Assembly: GCA_047495785.1 (NCBI GenBank)
Contig: JBLDXI010000087.1
Coordinates: forward strand, 1 to 25,504
DNA length: 25,504 bases
DNA from: Lepidodermella squamata
Taxonomy: Eukaryota > Animalia > Gastrotricha
Direction: 5' to 3'
In this document: in pieces, positions 10,261 through 20,847 of the stretch
Layout of the letters: each line of letters opens with the position of its first letter
Numbering within the stretch: position 1 is the stretch's first letter
The notes under the pieces: model-generated
Told to the model about the DNA's origin: nothing
What the model saw: only the letters and a program-made list of their open reading frames with translations
Database searches by the model: none
Program-made: the position numbers and the translations under genes

Positions 10261-10648
10261 TATTTCGTCCTTTTCCAATACCCAACACATCTCGTGAGAG
10301 TCCCCAGGCACACAATCATCAGCATACTATACTCCACTCCATTCCTCCCTCCTCCTACAACAAACCATCCCTCGTGTGCGTGTATCATTACGATCCCTGC
10401 GATCAGTTGGATCATGAACGCTATACAAAGGATGGATGTCCAGCGGTCGAGAATGATGAGGACGGCAGCAATGATCTCGAAGAATGTAATGATCCAGGCC
10501 GTGAATGGCGGAAAGCCGAATGAGGAAAGCCAGGCGTCGAACGAGCGACACCGCCTACGCTAAGTCGGTATACTCCGTGGATAAGCATGTTTCCGGCGCA
10601 GGCAATGCGCACAATTGCCAACGGAAGCGCGTATTGGGTAATGGGCAT
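10260..10648 (-). CDS. DoxX family membrane protein (~129 aa); one-base deletion at ~10543 and barcode overwrite near its 3' end
   Basis: MPITQYALPLAIVRIACAGNMLIHGVYRL...GGVA. Adding one base continues as PFDAWLSSFGFPPFTAWIITFFEIIAAVLIIL...AGIVMIHAHEGWFVVGGGRNGVEYSMLMIVCL, with typical DoxX R..HG, E and GWF..NGxEY motifs. Confidence 0.88.
10285..10301 (+). other. Untrimmed PacBio barcode bc1003 (+T), copy 1 - technical artefact
   Basis: Exact ACACATCTCGTGAGAGT inside the DoxX 3' end. Identity as bc1003 is from recall of the PacBio barcode set. Confidence 0.88.
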
Positions 10649-10720
10649 AGGCCCTAAAAATACTGTAAGGGCCTTTGAATTGCAGGATCAGATTGGGTAT
10701 AAATTGACAAAAACGCCAAT

Positions 10721-13700
10721 TCAACGCTTCTGAACCTTGACCATCTTAACCCCTTCTGGCAGGAATATCTGCACCAGATAAATTCCAGAGGCGAAAGGCG
10801 ACATATCCAGTTCACCGGTAGTGGCGGTTCCCTGTTGGTTCAGGCGAAGTGTGCCAACTACCTGGCCTGAAAGATTCATCAACTGGACTTTCGTTACAGG
10901 CGCGCGATCGTGGCGGAAATAAAGCACTTCGCTGACAGGGTTAGGATATACGTCGACTGATGCGTCCCAGTCTGACTCGCCGCCTGCCGTTACGTAGATG
11001 AACGATGTCTCCGACATGCACTGTCCCACAGAAACCCGGACTGTATAGTTTCCATCTGTCTTCGGCTTCAGGCTTGACAGCGTATCATTGGCCAACAGTG
11101 CATCATTCAGATACCACTGTTTCTTCCGGGGACGTTGACTGTAAGCGAATCGTTGCGAAGTACAATGATGGGATCGTTGTAGTGTATGACGGTTGCAGTA
11201 ACTGGCACGCGCTCACTTTCGCATCCTGCATTGGTAATGACGGACACATAGAACGTCTGGGTCTTCTGTAGGGTCGGTGTCGTAAATCCACCGCCTGTGA
11301 ACAGAGGACTAGTATCATCTGGTTTCGCATACCATTGGTAACGCTGGCCCGCAGCGGCACCGGTAGCGGTCAACGTGGCGCTTCCTTCCGGCAGATCGAC
11401 GGGCCAACACCGGCTGTGGGCGCGGACACTGTTTCGGAAACAAATGTGACTGTCTTCGTAATCGATTCCCCGCATCCATTGAGCGGAGTTGCCACCACGC
11501 TGACACGATTAATGCCTGTGATCAATGCTTCGGATGAAACAGTAACTCCTATCGATCCACCGTTGCCGGGTTGGGCGGCAATCAAACGTTCATTTACCGA
11601 TACGGAATAACTCGCCAGGCCCGAGGTCTTTGTGAGCTCGATGAGCGCATCCGAACCTTTGCAGACCGTTGTCGCGGAAACCAAATAGTCCATTGGCGCT
11701 ACCTGTCGGACGAATCGCAAAGTAAACCGTGAACTATTACTGCTCGCTGGATTTGTAGTAACGCTGAAGACGTACGTAGAATCAAGCAAAAGGTTGGACT
11801 CTGTTCCGGTGAAGGCATCTGCCAGCGTAATGTCGACGGCATCATTGAATGACGCCAGTTCGCCGAACGTTAATGTATAGTTGCCCGCGGGCACGTTGTC
11901 AAATGCGAGGCCAACTGAAGCCGAGCAAAATGAAGTACTGAGGGAATTGATCGCCAGTTTGTCCTTTCCGGACAGCTGGGTGACACATCTCGTGAGAGTA
12001 CGAATGTGTCGATCAACAAGCCATCTTCGCGGAAATGAACAATAGCCTCGTCCCGTACGCTTCCCTGTGCCAACGTTACACGCACGAAATTCTCGGGGGT
12101 TGTCTTTCTGAAGAATGAGGTCTGAGTACCCGCAACCTTGGTGTTCTCGTTCAATGAAAGTGCCGGTGATGATGACGATGCCTTCACCCAGAAGGCCTGA
12201 CCAGCCGTAATGTATCTTGAACCGCCGTTGGTTCCTACGAGCCCGTTCCAAGTGGGCATATTGGCCACCCGCGACGGCATTGTCGCGTATGTATACCGTG
12301 GCATTGATGTTCGTCTTTGTCCATCCCGTGGCCGCGTTCCAGTCGATGGTAGCGGGATATGGATTACCAACCAGGTTCCACCCGTCGTTGGCGATGGTCC
12401 CCGAAGAGGTGAATGAGACCGGCATGCTGATGAGGCCGCTATTGATCGGTCCACGCAGATCCCACAGCGCTGTGGGGATGAGGTTGCCTCGCACAAACAT
12501 GGCATACCCCCTGCCCGGCTGAAATACTTCGGTGTTCGTAGTGACCGGGAAAGCAACATACCCCCCATCGATGCCGTTCGTGATGACCGTTTCATCGTAC
12601 GAAAACATGGATGCCGTTGTCGTACATCCCGTGCAGAGGCTCCGCCCCGTAAAATTCCCGGAGATGGGTATTTCATTTTGCATATCGGCAACCGTCGCGT
12701 TACGGACCGGAGCAGAGATGTAGCGGTAGATTCTTCCGCCGCTGGCTCCTTCAATTGTCATAAATCGCTGCACGGTGACGTTACCGGTCACACTCGCACC
12801 AGCAGGCAGTGTCGCGATCGCAGCATCCCGGTAGGACTGTCGCCTGTGGAGATGAGTCTCAATACCGAAGAGTTCGAACCTCCATCCGCATCGACGGTAA
12901 CATTCGAAGCAAGCGTCAAGACACCGCGCAGGTTCTGATTCGTTTCCACGCTGACACCCGGCGAACTCAGGTTAGTAACATTCACATTAACGAAATCGGT
13001 AACCGACGAACCTCCAATGTTCTGCGTGCTAGCGCCCTTAAATAGGATGTTGCTCGTCGCGCCGATAGTGAACGTTCCGTTATTGACCCAATGGCCGTTG
13101 AGTCGAAGTGTTGCCAGATTCGGCAATACCGCTGTGGTAGCATTCGTAAGGGTGTTCACCTCCGTGGCCGTCGTTGCACTGAACGTTTTTGACCCGGGAT
13201 TCGAGAGGAGCAGATTGGCATAATCTATCGGCGCGATGGCCTGCGCTCCTCCATTATATTGAACGGTACTGCTTGCGTCGAATGTATAACCAAGCGTGAA
13301 TACCGGCATGGTATTCACTGAGCCAATCACCAGCGTGGTGTTGGCATCCATGCTGAGCGACCCCCCGGTGCCAGTGTTTTCCGTCACACTAAAGCCGAGC
13401 AAGTCCAGCGTTCCTGCATTCACGGTTAGAGTTCGTATGCTGCTGATATTTCCACTTAGAGACAATGTCGATGATGGCTTGTTGATCGACACATTCGTAA
13501 ATCTTGTGGTAACTGGTCCGCCCACCTGGCCTGGTGTGGTGCCGGTGAAGTTCACGGTTGCGTCGCCCGGAAGGAAAGAAGCGTTACTCACCATGTTTCG
13601 CTCCACGTTAAAGTTGGCTGTCGCTTCCACCACTCCGTTCACGCGAATGTCGTAGAAGTTGATTGTGCCGCTGCCGCCGATCTGGGCAGTGTCCACCGGG

Positions 13701-16700
13701 CTTAGTATGAAGGTAGAAGTGTTGCCATCCAGAAGACCGTTTACAAGAAGGTTACTCTTGACCGTATGTGTCCGGCCGCTGCCTGACATGAATCTCGCGT
13801 TCGTCGCAACGGTCAAGTCGCCATTGATATTCAGATCACCTGCTGCGGTGATGCCACTGGCATTTGTATTACTGAATATGACGTCGTTGAATGCGGAAGG
13901 AGTTCCCACAATTGAAAGTGCGTTGGCTCCACCAAACTCAACCGTACCCGTGTTCTGGAAACTGGTGCCCGAGCCTAGTGTGATCACCACCGGCCCTGTT
14001 GCGATCGGTAGGCCTGGGACTATATTAAACTTTCCGCTTCCGGTAACTATTCCGGAATTGGTGAAGGTTGCCCGGAAAGTGTGGTCTGGGGTAGATCCAT
14101 TCCATCTGCCCGACGTGTTCACGGTAAAGTTCCCCACGACCGTCCATGGCTGATTGGCGGTAACTCCTGCTGTGTTGTTGATGGTGACATGCGTGAATGT
14201 CGGAGCGATCGTCGAAACTAATACGGGCGAAACAGAACCGTTGAAAAAAACGGTGTTCGTCAGCGAGGGCGACACCAGTGCTCCATCCTGATCAATTGTC
14301 TGCACCTGAGTTCCTGAAAAGATCACATCTCCATCGCTTCTCAATGTACCATCCAGTATAACATCACCTGAGAAGGTCACCGGGTTGGTGCCGGCATTGA
14401 GAGTTCCCGGAACATTTGCGAGTCCATTAACGGTGAGCGCCGTTCCTGTAGAAGCCGTATAGCTTCCGGAAATGTTTAATGAACTGAAGGTCGTAGAACC
14501 GGTAATTGATTTGCTGGTACCAAGAAGTTCTACGGTTCCGGCAGCGGGCGTGAAGCTCCCGCTATTGGTCCAACTTCCCTGGAGGCTGACCGTACGGCCT
14601 GCCCCGTCGAACGTAGCGCCGGTGTTGATCGTTAGGTCGCCATTTACCTGGATGTCCCCGGCCAGCGACTTTGCAGTCGCTCCGCCATTTGCGAACACAA
14701 GGCTTCCGTACGTCATCGCGGGTACACTCTGCGCAGCGGTTCCATTAAAGATCACGGTGCTATTGGCGGTCAGCAATTGCGCATCATAGTTCGCAGGAAA
14801 ATTCGAGGCGCCGCCCACTCGCAGCGTTGCCCCATCACCAATCGTTAACGTCCCACCTGCAGCACTTCGGTTCACAGAGAAAGCGCCAATATCAAACACG
14901 CCTGAATTGATGGAGAGATCTCCATTGATCACAAGATCATTGGCTGGTGTTACCACGCCTCCAGTCTTGTTGATGACCAGGTCGTTGAAGGTAGTTTGTA
15001 CAATGGTCTGGGTCGCCGCACCATTAAGAACTACCACCCCATCCGCAGAATTGAAGGAGCCCGAACGGTTCCAGTTACCACCTACACGCATGGTGGCGTT
15101 GTTAGTTGTTACGGTCGCACCTGCGCTGATGTCGACATTCCCCGCAACATCAAGTGCTGCGTTGATGTTGACATTGCTCGCACCGGAAACGGTAAGACTA
15201 CCATTAACGGTCGACGCAGTGGGAAGTGTAGCGATACCTGCCGTCTTAAAAATGGCAAGATTGTTATAGGTTAAGCCCCCGGCGATGACCTGGTCTACCG
15301 TCCCATTATAAGTCACCGTACCCGTGCCTGCCGAAAATGTACCCGCCGTATAATTGAATGCATTACCGATCAACAGGTTTCCGTTGCCTGTAAACGACAC
15401 AGAACCTGAACCGGACTGATTGAGGGAACCGGAAATAGTGATCGTACCCGTCGACAGCGAAAGCTGAATGCTACGCGTTGCGCTGCCGTTACTTAACGTG
15501 ACATCACCTCCCACGGAAAGCGAGCGTGCACCGACCGCGATTGCATGTACCTGATCGGCAAGCCAGTCGCCCGTCATATTTCCAGTCACGTTCAAAGATC
15601 CTGCACCGCCTCCTATCGTAAGTGTAGCCGCCTTGATACTCCCGAAGAAGATCGACTTGGAAGTAACAGCGGTAGTGATCGTTGGCTGATTGGTGAAAGT
15701 TTCTGTACCGATGAGAATATTGTCATTAACACCCGGAACGACTCCCGACTTCCAGTTGCTCGCTGTGTTCCATGCCGTGCTGGTTGTGCCCTTCCACACC
15801 TGAATGGTACTTCCGTCAGAGAATGTCCAGCGGCCCGTGATATCGGTAAATGAAGTCTGTTGAACCCAGTTATTATTTACGTCATTAGCCGATTTTCCGG
15901 CAGTAACCCAACCGCCAGAGAATCGCCACAGGCTCATGTTGGCTTCGGCGTTTCCATTCAACTCCGTATCCTCGTAGTGCATGCGAACGTTTGCTACGTA
16001 AGAGCCAATGCGCGTAACGTTGACTGTGTAAGATCTATTGACGGACGCCTGTGCCGGAAAGTCCGAAACGGTGGCCGAAACGACGTTGACCGTTACGGAT
16101 GTGACAGAACCACTGATGCTGGTGAACGTGATGGTATTGAACGAACTCTCGAAAGCATATGCGGTATTCGCCAGGAATGTATGCGTGCGCGTGATCGTAC
16201 CCAGGATCACGGCGTTGCCGGTCCTCGTCCCCGTGATCGTCACGGAATTGGCGCCTGTCAACATCCTGCCATTCGTCATGGTCAGGTTGTTGGTGGTGAT
16301 GCTATTGTTCAGCGTTACCGTGGTGGTAGTCGTGCTCTTGTTCAACGTCAGGTTATTGAACGTCGTGGTGCCCGTGGTTGATGTGTTAAGCGCTCCATTG
16401 AAGGCAACCGTGCTCGTCGCCGGCACGAACGTTCCATTGTTGATCCAGTTTCCGCTTACCGTATGCGTGAAGGTGGCCCCATTGAAGGTAACACCTGGAT
16501 TGATGGTTAGATTGCTACCCGTCGTCGTTGCTCCGGCCGCTGTCTTGGTACCGCCTGTGGCAAGGATCAGGTTGTTGTACGTGGCTGCCGCAATGTTCTG
16601 ATTTCCGGATCCATTATATACGAATGTGTTGGGTGTCGTCGTAGTTGTATTGAGCGTACCCGCTGTGATCGTGAAGGCACCGGCAACGCGCAGTGTGGCA

Positions 16701-18544
16701 TTGGCTGCGAGTTGCAGTCGGGTGCCATTGATGGTTACGTTGAAGAGATCGTGTGTTCCACTCACGAGTGAGGTGCCAATAAAGCTCACAGTTCCCGCAG
16801 TGGCCGTGAGTTTGCCCGTTCCGGATACAGCAGACCTGATTGAAATATTGACTGCAGTACTTACCTGTCCATTGAGTTGCAGCGCAAAGAAGGTCGTCGA
16901 ACCGGCTCCGCCAATTACTGGCGACGCACCGGAGAATGTGATCGTTCCTGCCGTCGCATCGAATGTACCCGTGGTTGTCATGTTGCTGCGGATCGTGATC
17001 GGCACACGCGCAGACACTGTTCCGGATACCACCAGGTTAAATAACGAGTGGCCTGTTCCGGTGATGGTCTTGGTCGCGCCCGAAAGAGTGAGCGTGCCTC
17101 CATCGTTGTGAGTAAATGTTCCCGTGCCGGTGGTTGCCAGGTTGCCGGTCACAGTTACACTGGTCGACGAACAGGTCACCCCTGCTCCTGTCACCGTCAG
17201 GTTATTGAAGTTCAGAACTCCCCCGCCGCTGATCACACGTGCGGCACCAGTGAAGCGCGCCGTTCCCGTGTTGCCATTAAAGATACCGGCGTTACTAAAG
17301 TTACCTGCGAAATTGTGGGTTCCAGCTCCTGCATTGAAGGTAGTCAGGTTACCCAGGCTGACGTTACCAGATACGGTAAGCGCCGCAGTTGCAGTAAGTG
17401 TGAGCGAAGAGGCACTTCCGAGCGTGGCCGTGAGATCACCGGCAACGGTCATAGCGGTAGCTGGAAATGTCTTGATTACGCCGCCCGTTGTCCCGCGGAG
17501 CACCAGGTGACCGTACGTCTTGCTCGAGATCGCCTGGTTGGTTCCTCCATATACAACCTGACTTGTAGCTCCAAGAGTATACGTGTTATAGTTGGCCGGG
17601 AATGTGTTGGTTCCTCCGATAATCAACTGCGCTCCATTGGAAACGACGAAGGTACCACCACCGGTCGCGTTACGGTTGAGTGTGAACGCTCCGATATCCA
17701 GCGTTCCGGCATTTAGATTGACACGACCCGCTGCTGCAGAGGTAGACTGCATCACTGTATTGGCGGCCAGTGTTTTTACAGAACCCCCGCTGATCGTCAG
17801 CGTTCCGTAACTAAGTGTAGCGATCGTCTGACTGGTCGACGTTGCTGCGTATTCCACAACACTCGTCGCGTTAAGCGTTGGATTAATGGAATAGTTGCCG
17901 GAGAAGAGTGAAGCAAATACCCTGATCCTGCCACCACCGTTCACCGTAAAAGTTGAGCCTGCGAGTGTGACGAGGTTGGTAGATGTCACCGGGTCGAATA
18001 TACCACTCACCACAAACGCATTCACCACTGTGATGCTGGCACCCAGCGATGTCGTACTACCGGAATTGATCGTGAGCCGGCGAAAACTCGTCGCACTGTT
18101 GATCGCCTGTGTGGTGCCCGAGAAAACCACAGTTGCCCCGGCAACGGTCGGATTGTAGGTTCCGGTATTCGTCCAGTTTCCCCGTAGACTGATCGTGTTG
18201 GCAGTATGCCGAAGCGTACCTAGTGCGGCGATATTCAGATTGCTGTTGACGTTCAGCAGGGCGTTGACCGTAAGAGTCGTTGCCCTCGTTCCACCACCGA
18301 CAGTAAGTGATCGGCAAGCGGCCGTTGCTGTTACAGAGGGTTGGAATGTTCCTGTGAAGTTGGCGTCTCCCACGATGGCATCCAGGGTTGCTGTGGGGAC
18401 TCCATTTGTCCAGTTCGCGGCCGTGGCCCAGGCAGTGCTGGTGGTTCCCCGCCAACACATCTCGTGAGAGTCACTCAGGGAGGTCAGAAGCATTAAGAAA
18501 AAGACAATAAGAAGCCGATACTCAGTAACTCGCTGAGAGATCAT
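10721..18544 (-). CDS. Giant (~2600 aa) T9SS type A-sorted surface protein with T/G/N/S-rich beta-strand repeats, an Ig-like domain and a C-terminal sorting domain; broken by indels at ~12829, ~12255, ~11390 and ~11125 and by the chimeric patch at 11983-12025
   Basis: ORFs 12788..18544, 11370..12791, 11870..12754, 11107..11475 and 10721..11095 join into one logical protein: ...DAAIATLPAGASVTGNVTVQR...GWNLVGNPYP...YATWNG...GQAFWVK...FTTPTL..T.TFYVS...VYPNP...SGIYLVQI...KVQKR. It has an N-terminal signal peptide. Confidence 0.88.
11983..11999 (+). other. Untrimmed PacBio barcode bc1003 (+T), copy 2 - technical artefact
   Basis: Exact ACACATCTCGTGAGAGT inside the T9SS gene at a reading-frame break. 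Confidence 0.88.
11999..12025. repeat. 27-bp perfect inverted copy of 13473-13499 (probable chimeric read end)
   Basis: tacgaatgtgtcgatcaacaagccatc is the reverse complement of gatggcttgttgatcgacacattcgta and directly abuts barcode copy 2. Confidence 0.9.
18455..18471 (+). other. Untrimmed PacBio barcode bc1003 (+T), copy 3 - technical artefact
   Basis: Exact ACACATCTCGTGAGAGT. It yields the residues DSHEMC where the signal-peptide cleavage site of the T9SS protein is expected. Confidence 0.88.
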
Positions 18545-18671
18545 AACATTGGGGGTGTTTCACAAATCCGTCCTCGCCTCTTGCCTTGTGGGCAAACTAC
18601 ATCCAATGCCAGCTCAGGCCCGTTTTACCAGGCTCTTCATTTTAAGGTTTTAGGCTACCAGATGGGCGCTA

Positions 18672-18679
18672 CAAAGATA
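18672..18679 (-). promoter_or_regulatory. Bacteroidota -7 promoter element for the giant T9SS gene (leader of about 120 nt)
   Basis: Minus strand TATCTTTG is a perfect TAnnTTTG match in an AT-rich intergenic region. Confidence 0.6.
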
Positions 18680-18792
18680 GGAACTTGTTGGAACGCCTAA
18701 TAGAAAATATTCAATTATCACACAGTTCTTACACCAAAAGCACATGATGATGCGTTTTTGACCCAATTTCCCATTGTGTAAGAATTACACGT

Positions 18793-18845
18793 GGCAGAGG
18801 AGGCCCGGAATGTCTTGAAAAAGACATCCTGCGGCATCCCTTGCC
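18793..18845. terminator. Long imperfect stem-loop 18 bp downstream of the crystallin gene stop (terminator or mRNA 3' structure)
   Basis: Core ATGTCTT-GAAA-AAGACAT, extended imperfectly out to GGCA...TGCC. No clear U-tract on either side. Confidence 0.35.
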
Positions 18846-18863
18846 TCGCAAGTTGGGCGACGG

Positions 18864-20786
18864 CTATTTGCCCTTAAGAAACTGATTGAACGCGTTGCGG
18901 GTAGACATGAACTTGAAGACATCCTCCAGGAGGTAATACTCCGACTTCTCCTGTGACAATTCGTACGCGTATTTGACGAATTCCAGGGTTTGGTCTTCAT
19001 TCATAAACAGGCCTGCGATCGTGCGAATCTGCAACACCGACAGGCAGCGGTCCTTGGTCGACAGTTTTGCTGCAGTCATCATCTCATCCATGAAGTGCTT
19101 CGACTCAATTGCCTTGTAGGCCGCCTGAAACTGGGTAGTGTTCATCTCACAGGATGGCTGGGTTTCTTCTACCGTAACAATGGTGGGTACCGGGGTCGGC
19201 TCCGGAGTTGTAATGACCGGTGGCGGCGTGTTTGTAATGGTCTCGACGATCAGCGACGAGGTGCGATTGTCGAATGCTCTCGAAGCGATCAGATCGACGT
19301 TGGCTTCTGCTGTGAGCGAGTAACCTTTGAATCCATCGTCTTCGAAGAGTATCAGTCGAAGCCCATGAGGTACGGTAGCAGAACTGATCTTGTTGTCCCC
19401 TATGGTGAGATCTTTCAACGCATAACGGCCAACTGGCAATGTCTGCGATGCTCCGGAGAATCCGTCGGCATAGACAATCACGGCAGGACCTGAGGGCGCT
19501 GCTTCTTCAACAACTTCGGCAACAACGATCGACGATGTTTCATTGTTGAATGAACTGGACGAAAGAACATCAGTGCCCGTGTCACGCGTAAGTGTGAGAC
19601 TTCGCCCACCGAAGCGTTCGTCTTCATACAGAGTAACGGTCAATCCCTTTGGCACCCGTACGGATGACAACTGGTCGTTACCGATACCAAAGTCGTGACC
19701 CGGGTACCGACCGGGCAGCAATCTCGCTGATACGCCTCCATAATCGCCTTCATATACAGTCGCCATCAATAGGGCCTCTACCCAAACGGAAGAAGTAAGA
19801 TTATTGAAATTGTTTTCAACAAAGAAGGATGCCCTGGAATCCTGAGTGATGACAATCGACTTGCCCTCGAACGCGTCTCCGTCGTAGAGGGTCACCCGAA
19901 ATCCTTTGGGGACCTTGATCGACGACAGTTCGTCGTTGGCGATCCCAAGTTTGTCGCGACTGTATCTGCCTGGGGACAAGCTCATGGAAGGACTGGAAAA
20001 GTCGCCCTGGTACAAGATCGGCTCGGTTGGTTCCTGGATGACCGGATCGGCAACAGGGACGGTGGTTGTTGTGGTAGTTACGGTGGGCTCCGTCGTCACT
20101 ACGGGAGTAATGACCGGTGACTCTTTCTCTGTGGGCTGTTGTTTTACGATCGCCTGTTCTACAAGTATACTGGAAGTCTGGTCGTTAAACTTCTTACTGA
20201 TTAGCATGGCAGCCCGGGTGTCGGTCGTAAAGGAAACACTTCGTCCCTTGAAGCCGCCGTGCTCGTAAAGCGTGACCTTCATATTGGCAGGAATCTTTAA
20301 TGATGAAAGCTGGTCGTTGCCGACTTCACCGAGGTCGTTGACATCATAGCGACCAGCAACGAGGTTCTTGGACGCACCTGAGAAATCATTCTTGTAGATG
20401 ATAACGAAGGTGCCAGGTGCGGGTAACTCCGTTTCCGGTATCTTCTCTACGATGATAGAAATGTTCATGGTGATCTGTGCGAATCCCTTTGCTTCAAGTT
20501 GCGACTGCTTCGTATTCTCTGTGAGAGTTAACGAAGTGCCTTCGAAGTTGTCGCGTTCAAACAGGATCGCTCTCATGCCCGAAGGCACCTTGACAGACTT
20601 GACGGCCATGTTGCCGGCGCGCACGAGATACATATAGTCGTACTTGCCCGGTGCGAGTTCAAGCTTGTTCCCGGCGAAGTCATCTGAATACACGGTGACC
20701 TTGTCGTTTGAATTCTGGGCAATAGCTACAGAAGGATGCACACAGTACAAGCACAGGATGCAGACTGCGAGAAGGGTGATTCTCAT
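18864..20786 (-). CDS. Secreted protein with five beta/gamma-crystallin (Protein S-like) domains, P/T-rich linkers and a C-terminal DUF4476-like domain (640 aa)
   Basis: Likely start at MRITLLAVCILC (20786). Five repeats of V..Y..DF.G.S..L..G.Y...NDxxSSxxVP.G..V.L(Y/F)E...F.G.S...FNxxTSS. Ends in M...F...KAI...F.DE...A...CLSV.QI..I...F..ED..LEF.KYAY. Confidence 0.88.
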   Translation of the reverse strand: MRITLLAVCILCLYCVHPSVAIAQNSNDKVTVYSDDFAGNKLELAPGKYDYMYLVRAGNMAVKSVKVPSGMRAILFERDNFEGTSLTLTENTKQSQLEAKGFAQITMNISIIVEKIPETELPAPGTFVIIYKNDFSGASKNLVAGRYDVNDLGEVGNDQLSSLKIPANMKVTLYEHGGFKGRSVSFTTDTRAAMLISKKFNDQTSSILVEQAIVKQQPTEKESPVITPVVTTEPTVTTTTTTVPVADPVIQEPTEPILYQGDFSSPSMSLSPGRYSRDKLGIANDELSSIKVPKGFRVTLYDGDAFEGKSIVITQDSRASFFVENNFNNLTSSVWVEALLMATVYEGDYGGVSARLLPGRYPGHDFGIGNDQLSSVRVPKGLTVTLYEDERFGGRSLTLTRDTGTDVLSSSSFNNETSSIVVAEVVEEAAPSGPAVIVYADGFSGASQTLPVGRYALKDLTIGDNKISSATVPHGLRLILFEDDGFKGYSLTAEANVDLIASRAFDNRTSSLIVETITNTPPPVITTPEPTPVPTIVTVEETQPSCEMNTTQFQAAYKAIESKHFMDEMMTAAKLSTKDRCLSVLQIRTIAGLFMNEDQTLEFVKYAYELSQEKSEYYLLEDVFKFMSTRNAFNQFLKGK

Positions 20787-20847
20787 GGAGAGGGTTTTTA
20801 GGTTAACTAAGGTAATCTTATTTCCGGAAACATGCATTCACTGAGTC

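Noticed and set aside
9797-10563. Short ORFs 9797..9985, 10038..10226 and 10171..10563
   Set aside because: They are translations of the repeat block or antisense to the DoxX gene, with no coding features.
531-12831. Cluster of true pseudogenes or programmed ribosomal frameshifts
   Set aside because: Only single-base indels in short homopolymers are seen, with no nonsense mutations, no slippery heptamers and active-site motifs preserved. Long-read error explains this better.
11999-13499. Shufflon/invertible segment or DGR template-variable repeat pair in the adhesin gene
   Set aside because: There is no recombinase or reverse transcriptase and no adenine-specific mismatches. The left copy breaks the reading frame and is fused to a barcode.
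13017-18467. Many Val/Pro-rich plus-strand ORFs
   Set aside because: They are antisense read-outs of the Thr/Gly/Asn-rich T9SS gene.
10285-18471. 17-bp direct repeats as att sites or ends of an integrated element or prophage
   Set aside because: The copies lie inside genes that continue on both sides. There is no integrase, the motif matches a sequencing barcode, and it also terminates the contig.
18588-18635. c-di-GMP-I riboswitch suggested by GGGCAAACT
   Set aside because: It is on the wrong strand for the downstream gene and lacks the GNRA-capped P2 and the ACGCAAA/P3 elements.
20787-20837. N-terminal extension of the crystallin ORF starting at 20837
   Set aside because: The signal peptide starts at Met 20786. 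The extension covers AT-rich intergenic, promoter-like sequence.
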